Shown piece after piece: positions 54,201 to 63,391 of a DNA stretch of 64,000 nucleotides. The translations under genes and the position numbers were made by a program. The stretch lies in the NCBI GenBank assembly GCA_965226685.1, contig CBDDDP010000004.1, positions 1,050,714-1,114,713 on the forward strand. Reading direction: 5' to 3'. The stretch's first letter is position 1. Every line of letters starts with the position of its first letter. The DNA is from Dehalococcoidia bacterium (lineage in GTDB: Bacteria; Chloroflexota; Dehalococcoidia; Lucifugimonadales; Lucifugimonadaceae). A model generated the notes under the pieces. That model was not told the DNA's origin and did not search any database. It saw only the letters and a program-made list of their open reading frames with translations.

Positions 54201-55945
54201 CCAAGGATCTGCAGATCAAGATGGCGCAAGGAGCCAAGCCGGGTGAAGGCGGAGAGATCCCCGGCCACAAGATCAGCGAATACATCGCGTCGATTCGGCG
54301 AACCACCCCCGGAGTGGAACTGATCTCGCCTCCGCCCCACCATGACATCTACTCCATCGAAGACATCGCGCAGCTGATTCACGACCTTAAGAACGTCAAT
54401 CCCGACGCACGCGTCCATGTGAAACTCGTTGCCAGGTCGGGCGTAGGAATCATCGCCGCAGGAATTTCCAAAGGCAAGGGCGACGTAGTGCTTATCTCCG
54501 GCGACTCGGGCGGCACTGGAGCTTCGCCGCTGTCGTCAATCAAACACGCCGGCATACCGTGGGAGCTTGGTGTAAGCGAAACCCAGCAGGTGCTCGTCGC
54601 AAACGGCCTACGAGATCGGATCGTCGTGCAGACGGATGGTCAGATAAAAACTAGCCGCGACGTCGCGATCGCCGCGTTGCTCGGCGCGGACGAGTGGGGT
54701 GTGGCGACAGCTGCCCTGATCACCATGGGTTGCATCATGTTGCGCAAATGCCATCTGAACACCTGCTCCGTCGGTGTTGCCACGCAAGATCCTGAATTGC
54801 GAGCCAAGTTCGCCGGGACTCCCGAAGCGGTCATCAACTATTTCACAATGCTCGCAGAAGAGTTGCGGAATCGCATGGCGCAGATGGGATTTCGCACCGT
54901 CAACGAGATGATCGGTCGCGCCGACATGCTGAAGCAACGCGATGACGTAGACCACTTCAAGGCGAAGTCGCTGGATCTCTCTCGCATCTTGATAAACTCT
55001 CATCCATTAGAGGGCGACCACGCCTATCAGTGCACGGAGCAAGACCACGCACTCGAATTTGCACTCGACCACAAACTGATCGGGTTAACTGAACAGACGA
55101 TCGAAGATGGCGGCGCAACTACCGTCGACGAGACGATCGAAATTCGCAACCGGAACCGAACCGTAGGCGCCATGATGAGTGGTCGCATCGCCATGAAACA
55201 CGGTGGCAAAGGATTGCCTGACGGCTCGATCAATATCACATTCAATGGATCGACTGGTCAGAGTTTCGGTGCTTGGGTTGTCAAAGGTGTGACGTTCAAA
55301 GTCTTCGGTGATGCAAACGACTACTTCGGCAAAGGACTCTCTGGCGGTCGGCTTGTGATCGTTCCACCTGAAAACTCCACCTTCGTTCCCGAAGAGAACA
55401 TAATCATCGGCAACGTGGCACTCTATGGCTCAACTGGTGGCGAGGCCTACATCAGGGGACTTGCCGGCGAACGCTTCTGCGTTCGAAACAGCGCGGCTCA
55501 CGCCGTCGTAGAAGGGATCGGCGACCACGGTTGCGAATACATGACGGGCGGGCGTGTAGTGGTGCTTGGTGAAACCGGTAGGAATTTCGGTGCAGGCATG
55601 AGCGGCGGCATGGCGTTTGTCTGGGACCGTGACAACACATTCGAACATCGATTCAACGACGGCATGGCCGATCTGTCGACCGTACGACCCGATTCGGAAG
55701 ACGCCGAAGAATTGAAGACATTGATCGAGGACCATCTGAAGTGGACCGACAGCTCAGTCGCGGCGGCAGTTCTGGCAAATTGGGATGCGTCAGTCCACGA
55801 GTTCAAGAAGGTAATGCCGCGAGACTACGCCCGCGTGTTACGCGAACGGGAAGAGGCGAAGCTCGCGCTCATCGCAGATGAGGTTGAGTTCCCGCGCAAC
55901 GGCGGCGCATTTCCCGCACCGGTTTTGGCCGGCAGAACGGTTTAA
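51218..55945 (+). CDS. gltB: glutamate synthase large subunit
   Basis: 1575 aa. Ntn amidotransferase start EHDACGVGVVANIDG, followed by central, FMN/3Fe-4S (CHLNTCSVGVATQDP) and GXGXG C-terminal domains. Confidence 0.95.
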   Translation: MTLEYTASEMRRRAAERDAEFRRLEKEGLYSKSHEHDACGVGVVANIDGHRSHQIIQQGLEVLRNLGHRGACGCDPETGDGAGILVQMPHRFMVKAAAECGIQLPETPRYAVAMCFLPQNGGLRAFCKKSLENSAREHGVEPLGWREVPVDPSSIGVWARARMPKIEQLFLNAPEGIDETLLERRLYVVRKSTEKTVRARIDEIETQAGGNPLTEVQSEIVNALTNEWYVPSLSARTIVYKGMLMSEQTDAFYKDLSDPDFESHFAMVHSRFSTNTLGSWKLAHPYRMLAHNGEINTVRGNRNWMSARELTLKSDLFGNYIRDILPICETDEPSDTASLDNAFEAVYMGGRSVSHTAAMMMPAAWYGHESMPQNVKDFYEYHGGIMEPWDGPAMITFTDGHMLGAVLDRNGLRPFRYSVTTDNVLVMASETGVLDIPADQIRYRSRLRPGRMFLVDFEQKRIIEPQEVADNLATSQPYGEWLANQRLTLNDLEPAASVPNVDLETVNLRQMVFGYSQEDMRMLIGPMGVTAHQPQGSMGNDAPLAALSDKPQNLFAYFKQDFAQVSNPPLDAIREQLVTQMAVPVGRRPNLFDETESHARLLRIDHPILRNAELAQIKRSTKPGVRTITISTLFPVTDGVDGLKAALERIRREASEAIENGYTVLVLSDRGIDAENSFIPSLLATAAVHHHLIREKTCTQADILVESGEPREVHHFALLFGYGASGINPYLALESLASIRESVASDGTMPLQDLAEENYRRAAEEGVLKTMSKMGISTLQGYLGAQIFEALGLSQDLIDQYFTWTNSRIGGIGLDEIAADVVANHARAYPQHEIPSNLRLDLGGYYMWRATGERHMWNPRTISLIQTASTLNSKTIYKQFEVAADEEPQGYIALRQMLDFDESKFDPIPIDEVESVESVLPRFATGAISLGSISREAHETLAVAMNRIGARSNTGEGGEDDTRYGPFDVPDSRNSAVKQVASGRFGVTTEYMVNAKDLQIKMAQGAKPGEGGEIPGHKISEYIASIRRTTPGVELISPPPHHDIYSIEDIAQLIHDLKNVNPDARVHVKLVARSGVGIIAAGISKGKGDVVLISGDSGGTGASPLSSIKHAGIPWELGVSETQQVLVANGLRDRIVVQTDGQIKTSRDVAIAALLGADEWGVATAALITMGCIMLRKCHLNTCSVGVATQDPELRAKFAGTPEAVINYFTMLAEELRNRMAQMGFRTVNEMIGRADMLKQRDDVDHFKAKSLDLSRILINSHPLEGDHAYQCTEQDHALEFALDHKLIGLTEQTIEDGGATTVDETIEIRNRNRTVGAMMSGRIAMKHGGKGLPDGSINITFNGSTGQSFGAWVVKGVTFKVFGDANDYFGKGLSGGRLVIVPPENSTFVPEENIIIGNVALYGSTGGEAYIRGLAGERFCVRNSAAHAVVEGIGDHGCEYMTGGRVVVLGETGRNFGAGMSGGMAFVWDRDNTFEHRFNDGMADLSTVRPDSEDAEELKTLIEDHLKWTDSSVAAAVLANWDASVHEFKKVMPRDYARVLREREEAKLALIADEVEFPRNGGAFPAPVLAGRTV

Positions 55946-55951
55946 ACGGAA

Positions 55952-57430
55952 ATGGGCAGCACGAGCGGGTTCAAAGAGTTCGAACGCGTACCCATGCCGC
56001 GTCGCGATCAACGCGAAAGACTCAACGACTGGCGAGAAATATACCTCAAGTGGGACGAGAGCGCAGCGCGCCAACAAGCTGCACGATGCATGGACTGCGG
56101 CGTGCCTTTCTGCAATGATGGATGTCCCCTCGGAAATCTGATACCAGAGTTTAACGACCTTGTTTACCTTGGCGATTGGCAAGAAGCGATCGCACTTCTA
56201 CACGCTACGAACAATTTCCCGGAATTTACCGGTCGGATCTGCCCCGCACCCTGCGAAGCCTCGTGCACGCTCTCCATAAATATGGAGCCCGTGACGATCG
56301 AGATGATCGAGAAGCAGATCTCCGAGCGTGCTTGGCAAGAGGGTTGGATCGTCCCAGAAACCCCTGATCACCAAACGGGCAAAAAGGTCGCCGTCGTCGG
56401 CTCCGGTCCCGCTGGGCTCGCGGCAGCGCAACAGTTGAACCGCGCCGGCCACACCGTCACAGTCTACGAACGCAACGAGTATCTCGGCGGACTGCTGGCA
56501 CTAGGCATTCCTGAATTCAAACTCGAAAAATCCGTGGTCGAACGTCGTTTACAGCAGATGAGTGAAGAAGGTGTCACATTCCAAACCAACACCGACGTTG
56601 GCGTTGACATATCGGCGTCCGAGCTGCTTGAATCCAACGACGCGGTAGTCCTTGCAGGTGGTTCGACGGTTCCGCGCGACTTGCCGATCGACGGACGCGA
56701 CCTCGACGGCATCCACTTCGCGATGGATTACCTCACTCAGCAGAATCGACGCCTAAGAGGGCAAGAATTCTCGCCGGCAGAGACTTTAACCGCCGGGGAC
56801 AGACACGTGGTTATTATCGGCGGTGGCGATACCGGCGCTGACTGTTTGGGCACCGCGCATCGACAGTTCGCGAAGAACATCGTCCAGCTCGAGCTGCTAC
56901 CTCGACCACCTGAACGTCGCTCGCGAACCAACCCTTGGCCCGATTGGCCTAGTGTTTTCCGCACCTCGTCGGCCCACGAAGAAGGCGGAAAGCGCGACTA
57001 CAACATTATGACGAAAAGCTTCGCAGGTTCCGAAGGAAACGTCACACACCTAGAATGCGTACGTGTCGATTGGATATTTGAAGACGGACAACGTCCGCGC
57101 ATGGTCGAGATCCCTGACTCACAGTTCACTATTCCCGCTGATATCGTGTTCCTTGCGATGGGATTCGTGCATCCACAGCATGAAGGCTTGCTCGACGACC
57201 TCGAGATCGAATACGATGCGTTTGGCAATGCCAAAACAGGCGCCAACTCGGAGAGCAGCGTCGACAAGGTCTTCGCATGCGGCGACATGCAGCGCGGACA
57301 ATCACTGGTCGTTCACGCAATCGCCAACGGTAGACAATGCGCCCGAGACGTCGACCTTTTCCTTTCAGGGAAATCTTCGCTGCCCACGGTGCGTGGATAT
57401 GCCCGCCCAGCGATCCCTACCTACGCGTAA
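55952..57430 (+). CDS. gltD: glutamate synthase small subunit (NADPH)
   Basis: 492 aa with Fe-S Cys clusters (CMDCGVPFCNDGCPLGN, CPAPCEASC) and GSGPAGLAAA dinucleotide motifs. Confidence 0.95.
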   Translation: MGSTSGFKEFERVPMPRRDQRERLNDWREIYLKWDESAARQQAARCMDCGVPFCNDGCPLGNLIPEFNDLVYLGDWQEAIALLHATNNFPEFTGRICPAPCEASCTLSINMEPVTIEMIEKQISERAWQEGWIVPETPDHQTGKKVAVVGSGPAGLAAAQQLNRAGHTVTVYERNEYLGGLLALGIPEFKLEKSVVERRLQQMSEEGVTFQTNTDVGVDISASELLESNDAVVLAGGSTVPRDLPIDGRDLDGIHFAMDYLTQQNRRLRGQEFSPAETLTAGDRHVVIIGGGDTGADCLGTAHRQFAKNIVQLELLPRPPERRSRTNPWPDWPSVFRTSSAHEEGGKRDYNIMTKSFAGSEGNVTHLECVRVDWIFEDGQRPRMVEIPDSQFTIPADIVFLAMGFVHPQHEGLLDDLEIEYDAFGNAKTGANSESSVDKVFACGDMQRGQSLVVHAIANGRQCARDVDLFLSGKSSLPTVRGYARPAIPTYA

Positions 57431-57498
57431 TCTGACGAATACACGCGACAACGTAGCGTCCGTCCGGATCCGCACGTATACGAGGTGACAACGCGGAA

Positions 57499-59226
57499 AT
57501 GAGTTCGATCAGAGTCGCATCTGCACAGATCAACACCACCGTCGGGGACATCGCCGGGAACTGCGGTCTGATCGCTGGCGCAATCGATGAAGCCAGGAGC
57601 ATCGGCGCGGACATTGTGGCGTTCCCGGAACTTGCCATCACTGGCTACCCGCCAGAAGACCTGCTGCTGTCGCAACACTTCGTCCGCACTAATCGCCGCG
57701 CTTTGGACGATCTCGTGGAGAAATGCGCTGACATCGCAGCCATTATCGGCATCGTCGATTTCGACGAAGATCGAAACGGCAACATCAAGAACATCTACAA
57801 CGCGGCCGCAATCGTCGTAGATCGCCGGATAATCGCCATCTACCACAAGAATCAACTCCCCAACTACGGCGTCTTCGACGAGTTACGGTACTTTAAACCG
57901 GGAACGTCCTGTCAGATCATCAACATCAACGGGGTTGCGGTCGGTGTCAATATCTGCGAAGACATCTGGGTCAATCCAGGCCCCGGCGATGCGCAATGTG
58001 CCGCTGGAGCGAAACTGATCCTTACGCTCAACTCATCGCCATACGAGGTCGGAAAACTACAAACTCGCATCGACTTGATCGCGGGGCTCGCCGCTAGACA
58101 CGGTGCATACGCTGTCTACACCAACCAAGTCGGCGGACAAGACGAACTCGTTTTCGATGGATCCAGCATCTTCGCCGGACCAAACGGGGAAACGTTGGCA
58201 GTCGCTCCAAGATTTGAAGAATCGGTTACGGCCGTCGACATTGACGTGCCAGAATCGGCCACCTTTTCCGACGAAACTGTCGCGCCACAGGAGACGACTA
58301 GGGTTTCCTCACCGTGGTTCGAAACACCGGAAAAGGTTCAGATTCCTGTACCAAAAACCTCGGTGAAGGACGACATTTCCCAGGTCTACGCCGCGTTGAC
58401 GCTCGGCACTCGCGACTACATCCACAAGACCGGTTTTGAGAAGGTCGCGATCGCGTTATCGGGCGGGATCGATTCGTCCATCGTTGCCTGCATCGCAGCG
58501 GATGCCATCGGTAAAGAGAACATCGTTGGTGTGGCGATGCCGTCTCGATACTCCTCCGAAGGCAGTCTCATCGACGCCCAAAATCTCGCGGATCGATTGG
58601 GTATCTCGCTCTGGCGCGTCCCGATCGAACCGGCACACGCCGCGTTCGAGGGCATGTTGTCCGATGCATTCCAAGGTACTGCAACCAATACAGCCGAGGA
58701 GAACGTGCAATCCCGCATCCGAGGCAACGTAATGATGACGATCGCCAACAAATTCGGCTGGATCGTGCTCACCACGGGCAACAAGTCGGAGATGGCTACC
58801 GGGTACGCAACGCTTTACGGCGATATGGCTGGCGGATTCGCAGTGATTAAAGACGTCCCCAAACAGATGGTCTACGAACTAGCCCGGTACCGCAACAGCA
58901 TCTACGACGCCCCACCCATACCTCTGACGGTGATCGACAAAGCGCCAAGCGCCGAACTTCGACCTGATCAACTTGACGTCGATTCGTTGCCGCCTTACGA
59001 GCAACTGGACCCGTTGCTCAAAGCGTACGTAGAGGATCGCCTTTCCAGGGAAGAGATTCTCGCTGAAACCGAAATCGACTTGGAAACCGCGTCTCGCATC
59101 ATCCAGATGGTTGACCGCAACGAGTACAAACGTCGGCAGTCGCCTCCCGGGGTGAAGATCACCGGCCTCGCTTTCGGACGCGACCGCCGTATGCCAATGG
59201 CTTCGCGTTGGCGGCAAGGTCGCTGA
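57499..59226 (+). CDS. nadE: glutamine-dependent NAD+ synthetase
   Basis: 575 aa. N-terminal CN-hydrolase domain (VAFPELAITGYPPEDL, ICEDIW) plus a synthetase domain with ALSGGIDSS. Confidence 0.95.
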   Translation: MSSIRVASAQINTTVGDIAGNCGLIAGAIDEARSIGADIVAFPELAITGYPPEDLLLSQHFVRTNRRALDDLVEKCADIAAIIGIVDFDEDRNGNIKNIYNAAAIVVDRRIIAIYHKNQLPNYGVFDELRYFKPGTSCQIININGVAVGVNICEDIWVNPGPGDAQCAAGAKLILTLNSSPYEVGKLQTRIDLIAGLAARHGAYAVYTNQVGGQDELVFDGSSIFAGPNGETLAVAPRFEESVTAVDIDVPESATFSDETVAPQETTRVSSPWFETPEKVQIPVPKTSVKDDISQVYAALTLGTRDYIHKTGFEKVAIALSGGIDSSIVACIAADAIGKENIVGVAMPSRYSSEGSLIDAQNLADRLGISLWRVPIEPAHAAFEGMLSDAFQGTATNTAEENVQSRIRGNVMMTIANKFGWIVLTTGNKSEMATGYATLYGDMAGGFAVIKDVPKQMVYELARYRNSIYDAPPIPLTVIDKAPSAELRPDQLDVDSLPPYEQLDPLLKAYVEDRLSREEILAETEIDLETASRIIQMVDRNEYKRRQSPPGVKITGLAFGRDRRMPMASRWRQGR

Positions 59227-59421
59227 CCGCTGATGAACCCGTGAGATACTCTTTGTAACCGGGTTGTACCGCAAGTAAATCCGTTCCGTTTGGTATCTGC
59301 GTAATCCATCGCAAGGGGGAACGCGGCACATGCCATCAATGGCATCACCGCGTTACCCAACACCCAAACGACGAAGCGCTGCCGATTTTTATCGGCAACA
59401 GACCGAAAATTTACACGCGCT

Positions 59422-60816
59422 ATGAAAAACACACTTCACAAAACCTTGGCATTGCTTCCTGCCTTTGCACTCGCAGTTTTCGCGATCGCTTGCACATCCG
59501 CGGGAACGACCACCGTTCCTGATTCGCCTGAAACCGTCTCGGAAACCGCTTTCTTAAAGACCGCTGAAGCAACCGGTAAAGAAGCCGTTGGAATGGCTGA
59601 AAGCGTTTCGCAATCCAGCAGCACTGAGGTCGTCGAGATCGCCCAGTCCGATGCCGAAGTCGAAGACGATCCACTGACGCTAGTCCACTCCGCAGATGAC
59701 AACATCGACGGCGTGCCGATAAGCGACCTGGTTGGCGACGAAGAAAACAGCGAAACGATCGAAGCCCTGGCCGCAATGGAACGAGCCGATTGGGAAAACC
59801 GATTGACAGAAATTTGGGAAAACTCGATATCAGGAGTCGTGCTCATCAATTTGGGCAACACTCTGGTGCCCAACAGCGGAACCGGCGCAGGTTGGTTCTG
59901 GGACGACAAGGGACACATCGTCACCAACTATCACGTTGTCCGTCCTACGACCAGTTTCGTCGCTCCGACCACGATCATCGTAGAAACCTTCGACGGCGAC
60001 CAATTCGAAGCCGAAATCGTCGGTGGCGACCCGGTGTCCGACATCGCGGTCCTAAAAATCGATGCCGAAACAACCGTATCAAACCCACTGCCTGTCGGCG
60101 ACAGCGCCAACCTTAAACCCGGAATGACCGCCATCGCACTGGGACACCCGTTTGGTGTCGACCAAGCATTCTCGATGACCCACGGCATCATCAGCGGACT
60201 CTCTCGATCTATCCAAGCCGATACCAGCACGATACCGATCCCTGCCGTCATTCAGACCGACGCCGACATGAACCCCGGAAATTCCGGCGGGCCCTTGCTC
60301 AACAGCGCTGGCGAAGTTATCGGCGTTAACACCCAGATCCGCAGCCTAACCAGCACAAACAGCGGAGTAGGTTTCGCTACGCCCATCAACCTGGTTAGAC
60401 GGGTCGTGAATAACCTCATTGAAAACGGCGTGCATGAATACTCGCTGATCGGAATCTCGTCCCGAGTCGTCACCCGCACATGGGCGGAAGAACTTGATCT
60501 CGAAGAAGATCAACGCGGACTTCTCGTCACCGGAGTCTCCCCAGATGGCCCAGCCGACGAAGCAGGCATTCGGCCCGACTCTGGTACCTTCACCCCCTCA
60601 TCCGGATTCAGCGGCCTCAGTCGCTACCTCCCTAAAGGCGACGGCGACATCATCGTCCGAATCGACAACGTCGAGATCGACGATCTCTATGACTTGCGAA
60701 GCTACATCATGCTCAACACATCGCCAGGCGACGAGATTGTGGTGGAGGTATTGCGCGATGGCGAGATCGTACCGATCAGTTTGACACTCGGATCTTGGGG
60801 CGATCGGTTCAACTGA
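59422..60816 (+). CDS. HtrA/DegP-family serine protease with PDZ domain
   Basis: 464 aa. Signal/anchor, acidic linker, catalytic triad context (NYHVV, DIAVLKI, GNSGGPLLN) and a C-terminal PDZ domain. Confidence 0.9.
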   Translation: MKNTLHKTLALLPAFALAVFAIACTSAGTTTVPDSPETVSETAFLKTAEATGKEAVGMAESVSQSSSTEVVEIAQSDAEVEDDPLTLVHSADDNIDGVPISDLVGDEENSETIEALAAMERADWENRLTEIWENSISGVVLINLGNTLVPNSGTGAGWFWDDKGHIVTNYHVVRPTTSFVAPTTIIVETFDGDQFEAEIVGGDPVSDIAVLKIDAETTVSNPLPVGDSANLKPGMTAIALGHPFGVDQAFSMTHGIISGLSRSIQADTSTIPIPAVIQTDADMNPGNSGGPLLNSAGEVIGVNTQIRSLTSTNSGVGFATPINLVRRVVNNLIENGVHEYSLIGISSRVVTRTWAEELDLEEDQRGLLVTGVSPDGPADEAGIRPDSGTFTPSSGFSGLSRYLPKGDGDIIVRIDNVEIDDLYDLRSYIMLNTSPGDEIVVEVLRDGEIVPISLTLGSWGDRFN

Positions 60817-61165
60817 CTGCCCCTCACGAAGGTCGCGTCCCCTAAGTTGACATCTCGAGACAATTCGGGGCAGCAAACGCGTTTCCGAACGTAAAGGCGA
60901 AATCGCCCGAAGCCACGTCTGTCAACCTGCTTTGGGCCATTCAAGCAGGATTGATGGAATACTCTGGCACGACTTCCCCAGCGATCTAAAGCAAAAAGAG
61001 AAATTTTGTCAATGTGCCAGCGCCTCCACGCCAATCACTTATTGGTCGTGACCGTCCAACTCCCATCACCATTGGCAGCGAAGTTGATGTCTGCCTCTAA
61101 AACGTCGATCACAGCATACTATTCGGCACACACGTGATTGACCCCAACCATGAACCCTGACATCA

Positions 61166-61443
61166 TCACCAAACCTTTTCACGACATATCGAGCCATCGG
61201 CTCCCACCGAAATAACTATGTCAGCCGGCCGACCCTCCTCACCTTCGTAGCTACAACCTTCACCCGGCTGCATCACCATACCATTGCTGCACTCTCCCAA
61301 CACCGTCGGTTCAGCTCCATCCCCCGTCGCAGCCGGCGCACCCGATCCGGCAGTCGGCGCAGGAACAGTCGGCCGCGACTTCCCTGGCAAGCCAACATCG
61401 TAGCCGCCAACACCAGAATTGCAACCGATATCAAGTTTTTCAT
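61166..61443 (-). pseudogene. small lipoprotein gene with signal peptide and mature part in different frames
   Basis: ATG 61443 encodes a textbook lipoprotein signal MKNLISVAILVLAATMLAC, and that frame then becomes Arg-rich junk. The ORF-track frame (61166-61390) encodes a plausible mature part PGKSRPTVPAPTAGSGAPAATGDGAEPTVLGECSNGMVMQPGEGCSYEGEEGRPADIVISVGADGSICREKVW. The frames are offset by 1 nt at about 61385-61395. Confidence 0.55.
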
Positions 61444-61737
61444 GGATACCTCGTCGCTTCGTCGCGTTTCTTGCTACACAGTCTAAAGATCCCGCAACAT
61501 TTTCGGTTACAAACTTACACGGTTTTCAACCGATTCGCACCGGATAACCAACACACCCAATCCCATAGCAGTCCAACAATCTACACCCTACGCCCAAAAT
61601 CCAACCCGTTCTTAGATTCAGGAAGATCCCGTTGCAACGCCCCCGTAAGTTTCTACCCCGTCCCTTTCACTCCACGCGCTGCTACATTGAGAATGAGATA
61701 ACGTCGAATCACGCATAAACCAAAGTACCCGGCCGTT

Positions 61738-61830
61738 CCCGGTGACGATATCGTCGTGGCGGTATTGAGCGACGGCGCAATCTCGCCGATCGATTCGACG
61801 CTCAATTCGTGGTTCGATCGTTGCATTTAA
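61738..61830 (+). pseudogene. relic of the 3' end of a second htrA-like gene
   Basis: Translates to PGDDIVVAVLSDGAISPIDSTLNSWFDRCI-stop, versus the htrA C-terminus PGDEIVVEVLRDGEIVPISLTLGSWGDRFN-stop (20 of 30 identical, same distance to the stop). No intact upstream ORF exists in that frame. Confidence 0.6.
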
Positions 61831-62191
61831 CGCAACGGTTGTATGTCAAACGCATAAGACGCATCGCGTCGTCGAATACCCTGGGACCGAAGTCAGCGGA
61901 ACTGATTATCGCGGTTCGCATCGACGGGCTTGATGAAATTCGTAGGTTAGGTGCCGCTGTCGTATTTCACCGCGTCATGTCGAAATTCCCCGGCTCGACG
62001 TCGTTGAACCTCCTTTGGGGCCTTCAAGGTGCACTCATGGAGGTCCACTGGCACGAGGTTCCGGAAGAGATCCGAATTCAACTCCTGTCCGAAGGAGAAA
62101 CCTTGTCGAACCCTGAACCCGATATGTCTGACGAAAATGGATAGCAACTGACCGGCGTGATTTCCTAAAATACTCGAATTTTCGATCAAAC

Positions 62192-62240
62192 GTTACACAA
62201 CGGCGCAATATTGTGTTACTCTTGTGCTAACACATATGTG
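62192..62240. promoter_or_regulatory. cluster of inverted repeats upstream of recA (candidate operator)
   Basis: GTTACACAA (62192-62200) -N10- TTGTGTTAC (62211-62219), 8/9 complementary. GTGTTA (62213-62218) -N9- TAACAC (62228-62233). Perfect 10-bp palindrome CACATATGTG (62231-62240). All lie 45-95 nt upstream of the recA ATG. Confidence 0.35.
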
Positions 62241-62284
62241 GCGCGGGCCGCAACGTCGAAGGCATAACATAAAGGATTATCAGC

Positions 62285-63391
62285 ATGGCTAGCAAAAGCA
62301 CTGCGACTCTGGAACGAGAAATTCTCGCGAGTATCGAAACCGAATCTACTGAGAACGACAAGCAAATGACGACAACTAAGGGTCAAAGCGTTCGAGAAAA
62401 AGCCCTCGAAGAGGCGATCGCCCAAATCGAACGCAACTATGGGCGTGGCGCGGTAATGCGCATGAGCGAGAACCAAAGTTTCCGCAACATCGAAACCATC
62501 TCGACCGGTTCGCTTTCTCTAGACATTGCTCTCGGGATCGGTGGCCTCCCTCGAGGAAGGGTCATCGAAATTTACGGTACTGAATCGGCCGGCAAATCCA
62601 CGCTAGCAATGTCCGCCGTCGCGCAGGCGCAAAAAGCAGGCGGGGTGTGCGCATATGTCGACGTCGAACACGCGATGGATCCGGTCTACGCAAAAGCTAT
62701 CGGTGTAGACATCGATGCCCTGCTTATTTCGCAACCCGACTCCGCTGAGCAAGCACTTGAGATCATCGAACACTTGGTCCGATCTTCCGCATTAGACATG
62801 GTCGTGCTGGACAGCGTGGCGGCTCTGGTACCGTCGTCCGAGATCCGAGGTGAAATGGGAGAGTTCCAAATCGGCGCTCAAGCCCGACTCATGTCTCAGG
62901 CGCTTCGAAAACTCACCGCAGTCATCCACAAAACCAATACTGTCTGCATCTTCATCAACCAGTTGCGCGAAAAAGTCGGCGTTATTTACGGCAGCCCGGA
63001 AGTAACGCCTGGCGGCCGAGCTTTGAAGTTCTATTCCAGCGTACGTCTCGATATGCGTCGCAAAGAATCAATCAAGAACGGAAAAGAAATCACTGGCAAT
63101 CGCGTGCGGGTCCGCGTCGTGAAAAACAAAGTCGCGCCACCGTTCCGGCAAGCCGAGGTGGACATCATCTTCAACGAGGGCATCAGCATGGAAGGCGACC
63201 TGTTGGAGCTTGGCGTCGAGCATGGCATCCTGCAGAAACGCGGTGCCTTCTATTCGTATGGCGAAACAAGACTTGGCCAAGGTCGCGAAGCTTCTCGAAT
63301 ATTCCTCAAAGAGCATCCCGAGATGCGGGATGAGATCGATACGCAGGTCCGCAACATCGCCCTGCCCGACTCGAAACCCGGCCAATCGTAG
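62285..63391 (+). CDS. recA: recombinase RecA
   Basis: 368 aa with Walker [22 protein letters not shown] and [14 protein letters not shown] 62285 is preceded by AAAGGA 8 nt upstream. It has an N-terminal extension of about 27 aa relative to a possible internal start at 62366. Confidence 0.95.
   Translation: MASKSTATLEREILASIETESTENDKQMTTTKGQSVREKALEEAIAQIERNYGRGAVMRMSENQSFRNIETISTGSLSLDIALGIGGLPRGRVIEIYGTESAGKSTLAMSAVAQAQKAGGVCAYVDVEHAMDPVYAKAIGVDIDALLISQPDSAEQALEIIEHLVRSSALDMVVLDSVAALVPSSEIRGEMGEFQIGAQARLMSQALRKLTAVIHKTNTVCIFINQLREKVGVIYGSPEVTPGGRALKFYSSVRLDMRRKESIKNGKEITGNRVRVRVVKNKVAPPFRQAEVDIIFNEGISMEGDLLELGVEHGILQKRGAFYSYGETRLGQGREASRIFLKEHPEMRDEIDTQVRNIALPDSKPGQS

Noticed and set aside
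61471-62189. Track ORFs 61471-61701 (+), 61809-62144 (+) and 61947-62189 (-) as genes
   Set aside because: The first lies in the G-depleted stretch and has implausible composition. The second starts (GTG) inside the htrA relic, has no SD, and matches no recognisable family. The third is antisense to the second. None can be supported from sequence alone.
62216-62476. 86-aa minus-strand ORF overlapping the recA start
   Set aside because: It is antisense to recA and its upstream region, and no support was found.
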